Positions 37,398 to 45,595 of a stretch of DNA of 64,000 nucleotides are shown in pieces. This DNA comes from Clostridia bacterium (GTDB taxonomy: Bacteria; Bacillota; Clostridia; Christensenellales; Aristaeellaceae): NCBI GenBank assembly GCA_017517465.1, contig JAFWYZ010000018.1, positions 13,704 through 77,703 on the forward strand, read 5' to 3'. Both the position numbers and the translations under genes were made by a program. The notes beneath the pieces are model-generated. The model was given only the letters and a program-made list of their open reading frames with translations, was not told the origin of the DNA and searched no databases. The first letter of the stretch is position 1. Each line of letters opens with the position of its first letter.

Positions 37398-37990
37398 TTC
37401 ACCGCGCCCCTTCCTTCTTCAATCAGCCGCTTTTCAGCGTTCATCAGGTGTTTTTTCCACAGGAAATTGGCAATCAGGGCTACGCTGACCACAACCAGCA
37501 GCCCCACCACCAGCCAGTGGGCATCGAACCAGAAGGTGGAATCGATATATTCCTTTCTTCTGCGCTTGGCATATTTTTCGTAAGCTTCAAAATCGATCTG
37601 CAAAAACTGGGCTTTGAATTTTTCCACCTGCAGGTGCATCCATATGGCCATGCCGATGCCGGCCCCTGCAAACACAAACGTGCTCACCGCATTGCCGATG
37701 TAATACTTGCGACGGTTATGGGTATTGGTCATGAACAGCAGGCAGGAAAGCAGCAGCAGCACAATGGAGCTGTTCAAAAGCTGCTTGTTGAAGGGCTGGA
37801 TATGGTAATACACCTCTGCCCCGGGCACATTCACCTTGGACGTTTCCAGCTTTGCCTCTTCCGGCAGCGCATAGAACAGCCCGTCATACAAATCGGTGGA
37901 CAAGCCCAGCGAATACAAAAACATCACCCCGCACACCGCAATGGCCGCGAAGCAAAGGATTTTCTGCCAGGTCAACTGCTTTTTGTACAT
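37394..37990 (-). CDS. Uncharacterised 4-TM membrane protein (small membrane protein 1)
   Basis: Internal ATG at 37990 of track ORF 37394..38110, preceded by AGGAGG. It is 198 aa (MYKKQLTWQKILCFAAIAVCGVMFLYSL...). Confidence 0.7.
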   Translation of the reverse strand: MYKKQLTWQKILCFAAIAVCGVMFLYSLGLSTDLYDGLFYALPEEAKLETSKVNVPGAEVYYHIQPFNKQLLNSSIVLLLLSCLLFMTNTHNRRKYYIGNAVSTFVFAGAGIGMAIWMHLQVEKFKAQFLQIDFEAYEKYAKRRRKEYIDSTFWFDAHWLVVGLLVVVSVALIANFLWKKHLMNAEKRLIEEGRGAVK

Positions 37991-38127
37991 GCCATTTTCC
38001 TCCTGTATCCACACGCAGGAATGCATCCTGCTGAAAAAAATTCCCGTTCCCATCAGTCTCCGCAGCACGGGGACTGATGGGAACCCATGACGGGGCTTGC
38101 GCCCCGCCATGGATAAAAGGTTGAATC

Positions 38128-40203
38128 TTACTTGCTCAGTTCGGCATAGTAGGTCTGGAGACGATCCCAGGCTTCCTGCTTGAGGTACAGGTAGTCGGCG
38201 CCGCCCATGCCGTCGGCGATGGAGGCAACAGCTTCGTCAGCGGAGAACATGCCTTCCAGGGTGAAGCCGTTCACGATCAGGTCAACGAAAGCGTTGGCGC
38301 CGCCCTTGGCAGCGTTGAACTTTTCGGACAGAGCGGAATAGCTCTTGAGGGTTTCGTTTTCGTTCTTGGTGTTGGGCAGCACGGTGGGTACGGAGGTGTA
38401 CCATGCATTTTCGGTGATAGCCAGTTCGGGGTGCTTAATGGTGCCCAGGGCGATAGCCACGGAGATCTTGCCGGCGCCTTCCTTACCAACTTCGTGAGTG
38501 CACTGATATTCGAATGCCTGGCTCTTGGCGAAGGACAGGGTGGAGCCCAGGAACTGACGGGCATAGTTGGTGTAGTTGCCGGAAGCCTTTTCCCACAGTT
38601 CAGCGTAGGTGGCATCGGCGATCACGGGCATTTCGGTGCCGTTGAAGTTGAAGGTGACGAAAGAGCCGTCTTCATTCTGCTTGATGAATTCCTTGGGGCC
38701 GTAGCTCATCAGGATCATGCCTTCGGGGCTGTAAGCATAGTCGATCAGCTTCAGGGCGGCATTCAGCTTGTCAGCATTGCCTTCCACACCAGCCACGGAG
38801 ATGCCCCAACCGTCGGTCTTCACAGAGCGCCAGGATTCGGTGAAGCGCATGAACACGCCGTCTTCGCTGGTGCCGTCATACCACTTGGCAACGGGAACCA
38901 TCACGGCCATGTACTTTTCGCCGTCCTGCAGCTTGGTCTGGTTGTAAACGGTCTGGGTCTGGTTGTAGTCATAGTGCATGAAGCCCAGGTCATTTTCCAG
39001 GTAGGTGGCGGTGGATTCTTCGGCGGTTTCCATGAAAGCCTTGGAGATCAGGCCTTCCTGAGCCATTTCGTTCATCTTGGCCATGGCATTGTAGGCATCC
39101 AGTTCCTGACGGGCGTCACGGAGGAAGCCATCCTGGTCAACCCACAGGAAGTCCTGACGGGATTCCAGACCGCGCACACCGAACAGGGTGCCGGCAAAGC
39201 GGAACATGTCAACACGACGCTGGTTGTTGTTGTCTTCGCGGGAGAACAGGCCCTGCACGGTATCGGTGCCGTTGAGGGTCTGGGGATTGGCGACCACGCA
39301 GCGCAGCAGGGCGACCAGTTCGTCAGCATCCCAGGCAGCGTTCTGGCCAATGAACAGGTTGGAACGTTCGGTGCCATAGTAGCCGGCATAAGCTTCGTCG
39401 ATGTAAGCACGCAGCATATTCACGGCGGCAACGCCATCCAGTTCACCGGCGGCATTCATCTTTTCCACGATGTTGCCGGCGGCGTCATAGTTCTTGGTGA
39501 TCTTTTCCACGGCAGTGCCTTCCAGGTTGACAACGTCAATTTCAACGGCACCGGCGGTGGGCATGTAGGGGGTGTACACGGCAGCAGCCAGCTTGTTGGA
39601 AGCTTCGGCAGCAAATTCGCCTTCGCCGTCCAGCAGCTTCTGCACCCAGTCAGCACGCATCAGGGGCATACGTTCGATGTCGTTCACACCGTCGAAGTAG
39701 GGGGAGAAGTAGATGGCGCCGGTTTCGGTGTTACCGGTGATGGACAGGCGCACGATGGGGTTCTGGTCCAGGTAAGCCTTGAAGTTGGGCATCTGGTCCA
39801 GGTATTCGGCGATGTTCACGATGGAGCCGGCTTCGCCGTATTCGGACAGCTTGGCAGCGGTACCGCTGAGCATATCCACTTCGTCCAGACGATCCTTCCA
39901 GAAGTCAAATTCCTTGGAGGCAGAGTTGCCCTGGTACTGGTTTTCGAAAACCACGCCCAGCACGTTCTGCACTTCCACCCAGGTGGGCTTCAGGTCGCCG
40001 GCCAGGTAGGTCTTGCCGTCGGCCAGGGTGACGCCTTCGCCGGCCACGCCTGCATCAAAGAACAGGCCGGTCTTGGCATTGTTGTAGCCGGTGGCCATGC
40101 GAAGAACGGTGCCTTCGGCATAGGTCAGTTCGGCAGAGGCGGGGACAGCAAACAGGGAAATGAGCATAACGATTGCTGCCAGCAGGGAAAGAGTACGCTT
40201 CAT
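38128..40203 (-). CDS. Large extracellular solute-binding protein of a carbohydrate ABC transporter
   Basis: The ATG at 40203 follows an AGGAGG RBS. Signal peptide MKRTLSLLAAIVMLISLFAVPASA. It is 691 aa and lies downstream of the two permease genes. Confidence 0.8.
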   Translation of the reverse strand: MKRTLSLLAAIVMLISLFAVPASAELTYAEGTVLRMATGYNNAKTGLFFDAGVAGEGVTLADGKTYLAGDLKPTWVEVQNVLGVVFENQYQGNSASKEFDFWKDRLDEVDMLSGTAAKLSEYGEAGSIVNIAEYLDQMPNFKAYLDQNPIVRLSITGNTETGAIYFSPYFDGVNDIERMPLMRADWVQKLLDGEGEFAAEASNKLAAAVYTPYMPTAGAVEIDVVNLEGTAVEKITKNYDAAGNIVEKMNAAGELDGVAAVNMLRAYIDEAYAGYYGTERSNLFIGQNAAWDADELVALLRCVVANPQTLNGTDTVQGLFSREDNNNQRRVDMFRFAGTLFGVRGLESRQDFLWVDQDGFLRDARQELDAYNAMAKMNEMAQEGLISKAFMETAEESTATYLENDLGFMHYDYNQTQTVYNQTKLQDGEKYMAVMVPVAKWYDGTSEDGVFMRFTESWRSVKTDGWGISVAGVEGNADKLNAALKLIDYAYSPEGMILMSYGPKEFIKQNEDGSFVTFNFNGTEMPVIADATYAELWEKASGNYTNYARQFLGSTLSFAKSQAFEYQCTHEVGKEGAGKISVAIALGTIKHPELAITENAWYTSVPTVLPNTKNENETLKSYSALSEKFNAAKGGANAFVDLIVNGFTLEGMFSADEAVASIADGMGGADYLYLKQEAWDRLQTYYAELSK

Positions 40204-40298
40204 ATTGGTTTTCCTCCTTTTTTTGTCACCGGTCTTTTTGCGCCGGTGCATAAGCCTTTTTTATGTTCAGCCGGGTGCACTCCGGCAAAACATCTGTG

Positions 40299-41189
40299 TT
40301 ATTCCTTCACACCGCCGGCATTGACGCCCTTGGCGAAGTATTTCTGAATGAAGGGATAGATGATGAGGATGGGCACGATGGAGCATACGATCAGGGCATA
40401 GATGACGGAGTCGGAAGAGAATACTTCGTTCCAGCCGGCCATCTGTTCAGGGTCCGTATATTCTTCCAGACGAAGACGGATGAACACCTGCAGGGGATGC
40501 TCGTTGGAGTTGGAGATCATCTGCCTTGCCCAGAAATAGCCGTTCCAGCGGGACAGGGCAAAGAACAAGGTAACGGTGGCGATGGTGGATTTGCACATGG
40601 GAATGTACACTTTTCTCAGCACCTGGAATTCGGTGGCGCCGTCCACAATAGCCGCTTCTTCGATTTCACTGGGCACGCCTTCAAAGGCATTGCGCAAAAG
40701 AATGATGTTCATGGCCGCCATACCCATGGCGATGACCACCAGCCATTTATCGTCAGTGATGCCCATGGCATTGAACACATCCTTGGTGGCCAGGTAATTC
40801 AGATACTGGGGAACCAGACCCGCAGAGAACAGCATGGTGAACACCAGGAAGAAGTTGAATGCCCGGCGGAAAAGCAGCCGCTTCTTGGACAGGGCATAGG
40901 CGCCCAGAATGGCCACAAACAGGGCCCATACAGTACCGTAGAAGGTAAGGAACAATGTGTTGGAATAGGAATTCCAGAACATATTGTCGTTAAACATCCG
41001 GGCAAACGCATCAAACTGGATATCCTTGGGGAACAGCACCACTTCGCAATAGTCCACCGCATGGGCCCCGGAAATGGAGGCGGACACGGCATACAGGAAG
41101 GGGTACAGGCAGGCCAGGGCAAACAGGCACAGGAAGGTGTAGCTGATCACCTTAAAGATGCGTTCGGAAATTTCAAGCTTTCTTTTCAT
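40299..41189 (-). CDS. Carbohydrate ABC transporter permease (LplC/YtcP-like)
   Basis: Internal ATG at 41189 with a GAGGAGGGG RBS. It is 296 aa with six TM segments. The EAA-loop region reads NAFEGVPSEIEEAAIVDGA. Confidence 0.85.
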   Translation of the reverse strand: MKRKLEISERIFKVISYTFLCLFALACLYPFLYAVSASISGAHAVDYCEVVLFPKDIQFDAFARMFNDNMFWNSYSNTLFLTFYGTVWALFVAILGAYALSKKRLLFRRAFNFFLVFTMLFSAGLVPQYLNYLATKDVFNAMGITDDKWLVVIAMGMAAMNIILLRNAFEGVPSEIEEAAIVDGATEFQVLRKVYIPMCKSTIATVTLFFALSRWNGYFWARQMISNSNEHPLQVFIRLRLEEYTDPEQMAGWNEVFSSDSVIYALIVCSIVPILIIYPFIQKYFAKGVNAGGVKE

Positions 41190-41202
41190 CTTGCTCCCCT
41201 CC

Positions 41203-42249
41203 TCAGTACAGCGAAGTATCGGAGGCCTTGCGGGCAATGGTGTTGGCACTGATCACCAGCAGCATGCTGATCACATTGTTCATCATTTCAGCAGCGGATG
41301 CCAGGCCCTTCTGGCCGCCCACAATGCCCTTGCGCTGGGCAAAGGTGGATACCACGTCGGCAGTAACGTAGGTGTTGGTGTTATACAGAAGCAGTACCTT
41401 TTCGTAGCCGATGTTCAAAAGGGCGCCGATACGGGTGATGAGCATGATGACCACCGTGGACAAAATGCCCGGCAGCACCACATAGCGCATCTGGCTCATC
41501 TTGCCGGCACCGTCAATCTGGGCCGCTTCATAGCTGGTGGGAGAAATGGCGATGATGGCGGCAAAGTACACAATGCTGTCATAGCCTGCGCCTTCCCAGA
41601 TACCGGAGATCTGATAGATCAGACGGAAGAAATCCGGGTTATTGAGCAGGCCCTTGTAGGCCACGTCCTGGCTGATGATCCCCAGCGCTTCCAATGCCTG
41701 GCTGACAATACCGTAACCGCTGGTCAGTGCCCCCTGCTTCACCAGCATGGTGACCAGGGAGGTCATCACAACCGTGGACATGAACTTGGGCAGGTAAGTG
41801 AGCACCTGGCAGGTGGAGCGAACGATATTGGAGCGGATTTCATTGAAGAACAGGGCCAGAATGATGGGCATGGGGAAACCAAAACACAGCCCATAGAAGC
41901 TGAGCAGGAAGGTATTGCGCAGTGCGCGCCAGAATTCCACCGCATCACTGCCCGCCAGCAGGCTCTTGAAATAAGAGAAGCCGGAGAAATACTGTTCCGC
42001 CACCGGTTTCACTTCGTCCGGCACCTTAAAGCAGCCCAGCAGTTCATACATGGGCAGATAGCGCCAGAACAAAAATACCAGCAGCATGGGCACCAGCATC
42101 ACATACAGCCGCCAGTCCTTGAGAATGGTCAAGCACACATGTTTCCAATAATGCTTTTCCACATCGTCGCGAACGATCTGTTCCGGATTTTCGGTATATA
42201 TGCCACGGGCTTCATCATAGATGAGAAAATCCGCTGCTTTCGTCGCCAT
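41203..42249 (-). CDS. Carbohydrate ABC transporter permease (LplB/YteP-like)
   Basis: 348 aa. The EAA-loop region reads ISPTSYEAAQIDGAGKMSQMRYVVLP. Confidence 0.85.
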   Translation of the reverse strand: MATKAADFLIYDEARGIYTENPEQIVRDDVEKHYWKHVCLTILKDWRLYVMLVPMLLVFLFWRYLPMYELLGCFKVPDEVKPVAEQYFSGFSYFKSLLAGSDAVEFWRALRNTFLLSFYGLCFGFPMPIILALFFNEIRSNIVRSTCQVLTYLPKFMSTVVMTSLVTMLVKQGALTSGYGIVSQALEALGIISQDVAYKGLLNNPDFFRLIYQISGIWEGAGYDSIVYFAAIIAISPTSYEAAQIDGAGKMSQMRYVVLPGILSTVVIMLITRIGALLNIGYEKVLLLYNTNTYVTADVVSTFAQRKGIVGGQKGLASAAEMMNNVISMLLVISANTIARKASDTSLY

Positions 42250-42291
42250 GGAATCCGTCCCCCTTGCAATACATTCTGAAAAAGGAAAGTA

Positions 42292-42867
42292 TCAGTATCC
42301 TTGTTTGTTTTCTTCCTGGATCCGTTTCAAATAATGCCGCTGCTCTTCCAGCATACCGTCCAGCCTCTTGGCAATCCACACCAGCAGCACACTAAACAGC
42401 GTGGAAAGAATATCCGTTGTAAAGAAACCGGCGCACACCTGCAGGCTATTGCCCAGTACCAGTGCCACCGCAGCCCGGCCCAGCTGCATCAGCAGCGCCG
42501 CGCACAGCCCGTAGCCCAGCAGCCACAGCACATTTCCGTGCAGGCTTTCCCAGCCCTTCTTTTTCAGCACCGGCACCATCACAAGCCCCAGCATGCTGCC
42601 CGCCGCGTAAATGATCCACTGGACAGGTGCCGCATGGGACACCAGACAAAATGCGATGCTGCCTGCCGCCATGGGCACGGCCGCCCACCAGCCCCAGCGC
42701 ACCATCACAATGGCGGCAACGGCACAGGAAAGGGACACCGTATAGGGCTCCCCGGGAAACCAGACCGTGGCCCCCAGGGTGATCAGCACCTCACTGATGA
42801 CCAAGATCAGCGAGAAAAAGAATAAATCCATGGTGCGGTATTGCCTGAAAGTGATCTGTTTTTGCAC
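42292..42867 (-). CDS. Uncharacterised polytopic membrane protein heading the transporter operon
   Basis: 191 aa, GTG start with a GGAGGA RBS, five to six hydrophobic segments. I cannot assign a family. Confidence 0.6.
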   Translation of the reverse strand: MQKQITFRQYRTMDLFFFSLILVISEVLITLGATVWFPGEPYTVSLSCAVAAIVMVRWGWWAAVPMAAGSIAFCLVSHAAPVQWIIYAAGSMLGLVMVPVLKKKGWESLHGNVLWLLGYGLCAALLMQLGRAAVALVLGNSLQVCAGFFTTDILSTLFSVLLVWIAKRLDGMLEEQRHYLKRIQEENKQGY

Positions 42868-43131
42868 CGCAATCCTCCATCATATTCGAAAAAAGCGACT
42901 ATTTTCGACCGGCAACTTCATGCGTTTTTCGCATTTTATCGATTAAATGGCAAATTTGCACGATCTTTCGACCTTATTGTACATCTTTTCTTCCGTGCAG
43001 TACATATCCAAAAGGAAACTATTTATGTACAAAACCGATTTATTCCGTCCTTTTCTTTGCCATTTTCGTCCCTTTTGTGGTATATATATGATAGAAAGAA
43101 AGCAACATGCGAGAAAAAGGAGGCATTTTTC

Positions 43132-44016
43132 ATGTCCAATCTTCTTTTCCTCACCCCGGAACATGACCTGCAGCAGCAATTTGATGCTGCTGCGCCCGGC
43201 ACCCACATCCGTCTGGCCTTGGGCGAATACCGCCAGAAGGTGCTCATCCGCACCCCCGGCCTCATCATCGATGGGGAGGATATGCACAAAACCGTCATCG
43301 TATGGGATGACTATGCCAACAAGCTGGATGAAAATGGGGTGGAATACAACACATTCCGCACATGGACGGTGGCCGTCTGCGCCCCCCACATCACCATGCG
43401 GAACCTGACTGTCAGAAACGATGCCCTGCAGCCCGAAACCAAGGGCCAGGAAGTGGCCCTTTCTGTGCTGGGGGATGATTTCAAAATGGTGCATTGCCGC
43501 CTGTCATCCACCCAGGATACCCTCTTTGCCGGTCCCCTGCCTGCGGATCTGATTGAACGGTATCAGGGCTTTCACCGGGCAGAGCTGCTCTCCCCCACCC
43601 CTTCCCGTCAGGTGTATGAAGAGTGCCTGATCGAGGGATCGGTGGATTTCATCTTCGGCTGCGCAGATGCGCTGTTTGACCGTTGTGAGATCCGCAATGT
43701 GTATGACGTGCGGCAGGTGGGGTATGTGGCTGCCCCTGCCCATGCATTGGAGCAAGAGGAAGGCTTTCTTTTCCGGTATTGCCGCTTCACCAGTGATGCG
43801 CGGGTCAGGCGCCATTCCATTTATCTGGCCCGGCCATGGCGGGACTGGGGGCTGTGCCGGTTTGTCAATTGCACACTGGAAGACCATATCCACCCCCTGG
43901 GCTACGACAAATGGAGCGGCACCGAAAGAAACAAAACCGCCCGTTTTCATGAATATCCGCCTGTTTCCGGCCGGGTGGACTGGGTAAAACAGGTGGAAGA
44001 AAAGTATCTTCCCTGA
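43132..44016 (+). CDS. Pectinesterase (carbohydrate esterase family 8)
   Basis: Internal ATG at 43132 after an AAAGGAGG RBS. Motifs TQDTLF, GSVDFIFG and YLARPW are present. No signal peptide is seen. Confidence 0.85.
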   Translation: MSNLLFLTPEHDLQQQFDAAAPGTHIRLALGEYRQKVLIRTPGLIIDGEDMHKTVIVWDDYANKLDENGVEYNTFRTWTVAVCAPHITMRNLTVRNDALQPETKGQEVALSVLGDDFKMVHCRLSSTQDTLFAGPLPADLIERYQGFHRAELLSPTPSRQVYEECLIEGSVDFIFGCADALFDRCEIRNVYDVRQVGYVAAPAHALEQEEGFLFRYCRFTSDARVRRHSIYLARPWRDWGLCRFVNCTLEDHIHPLGYDKWSGTERNKTARFHEYPPVSGRVDWVKQVEEKYLP

Positions 44017-44104
44017 TTTTCTTCCCTTGCGCAACCCCGGTAAACAGGCTATAATGAATGTATGCAAAGAGAACTGAGAATTTTCATATACAGGAGGTTT
44101 TTCC

Positions 44105-45526
44105 ATGCGGAAAACAAAAATTGTATGCACGCTGGGCCCTGCCAGCCAGGATCCTGCCATTATTGCTGAAATGCTGAAAGCGGGGCTGAACGTGGCCCGG
44201 CTCAATTTCTCCCACGGCACCCATGAAGGCCACAAAAAAATGATCGAAACCTTCCGTGCCGTCCGGAATGAAATAGGTGTGCCGGCTGCCATCATGCTGG
44301 ACACCAAGGGCCCGGAGATCCGTACGGGGCTGTTTTCCGCAGGCCCGGTACAGCTCAAGCCCGGCCAGACCTTTACCCTCTATGCCAAAGAGCAGGACGG
44401 CAATGAAACGGGCTGCTCTGTTTCCTATCCCGATCTGCCCCGGCAGCTGAAAAAGGGGCACACCGTGCTCATCGATGACGGCCGCATTCACCTGCGTGTG
44501 GAAGAAGCCGATGAAAAAAAAGCCGTGTGCACCGTGCTGAACCAGGGCACTGTGTCCAACCGCAAGGGCATCAATATCCCCCGCGTCTCCATCGACATGC
44601 CCTACCTCAGCGACCGGGACAAGGCGGACCTGATTTTCGGTGTGGAGCACAAGGTGGATTTCATTGCCGCATCCTTTGTGCGCCGCAAGGAAGACGTGAT
44701 TGCCCTGCGCAAATTCGTCAATTATCACGGCGGCCATGACATCAAGATCATTTCCAAGATCGAAAACCTGGAAGGCATCGAAAATTTTGACGAAATTCTG
44801 CAGCACTCCGACGGCATCATGGTGGCCCGCGGCGACATGGGTGTGGAAGTGGAATACGAAAAGCTGCCCGGCCTGCAGAAGCGGTTCATCCGTGCCTGCT
44901 TTGCCGCCGGCAAAATGGCCATCACCGCCACCCAGATGCTGGACAGCATGATGCACTCCCCCATGCCCACCCGTGCCGAAATCACAGACGTGGCCAATGC
45001 CGTTTTTGACGGCACCTCCGCTGTGATGCTTTCCGGTGAAAGCGCCGCCGGTGAATACCCGGTGGAATCTGTACGCACCATGGCCCGGATCGCAGAGCAG
45101 GCAGAAAAGGATGCCTTCGAAATGGGTGTGTATAAATCCATGCTCTTTGATGCCATGTTCAACGATACCACCAATGCCATCTGCGATGCCGCCTGCACCA
45201 CTGCCCGTGACGTAAAAGCCAAGGCCATCATTGCCGTCACCCTCCACGGCCAGACAGCCCGGGGCATCAGCAAATACCGTCCCTTCGAGCCCATCGTGGC
45301 CGCAACCCCCGTGGAAAAGGCTTATCATCAGCTGGCGCTTTCCTGGGGCGTGTACCCGGTATTGGCCCTGAACCAGAACAACACCGATGATCTGTTCCTC
45401 CATGCGGTGGACTGCGCCCGGAACCTGGATCTGGTGCAGACCGGCGATCTGGTGGTCATTACCGCCGGTGTGCCCCTGTCCGTATCCGGCACCACCAATC
45501 TGCTGAAGGTGCAGACGGTAGGCTGA
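44105..45526 (+). CDS. pyk: Pyruvate kinase
   Basis: 473 aa, MRKTKIVCTLGPAS..., with a typical PK barrel and C-terminal domain. Confidence 0.95.
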   Translation: MRKTKIVCTLGPASQDPAIIAEMLKAGLNVARLNFSHGTHEGHKKMIETFRAVRNEIGVPAAIMLDTKGPEIRTGLFSAGPVQLKPGQTFTLYAKEQDGNETGCSVSYPDLPRQLKKGHTVLIDDGRIHLRVEEADEKKAVCTVLNQGTVSNRKGINIPRVSIDMPYLSDRDKADLIFGVEHKVDFIAASFVRRKEDVIALRKFVNYHGGHDIKIISKIENLEGIENFDEILQHSDGIMVARGDMGVEVEYEKLPGLQKRFIRACFAAGKMAITATQMLDSMMHSPMPTRAEITDVANAVFDGTSAVMLSGESAAGEYPVESVRTMARIAEQAEKDAFEMGVYKSMLFDAMFNDTTNAICDAACTTARDVKAKAIIAVTLHGQTARGISKYRPFEPIVAATPVEKAYHQLALSWGVYPVLALNQNNTDDLFLHAVDCARNLDLVQTGDLVVITAGVPLSVSGTTNLLKVQTVG

Positions 45527-45536
45527 CAAAAACATG

Positions 45537-45566
45537 AAAGGATGCCTCTTTTGCATCCTTTTTCTG
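45537..45566 (+). terminator. Intrinsic terminator after pyk
   Basis: aaaggatgc-ctctttt-gcatccttt followed by ttctg. Confidence 0.5.
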
Positions 45567-45595
45567 TCAAATACATGAAAAAGGAGCGTTTTTCC

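Noticed and set aside
38431-40347. 638-aa plus-strand ORF
   Set aside because: It is antisense to the solute-binding protein gene, with shadow-ORF composition.
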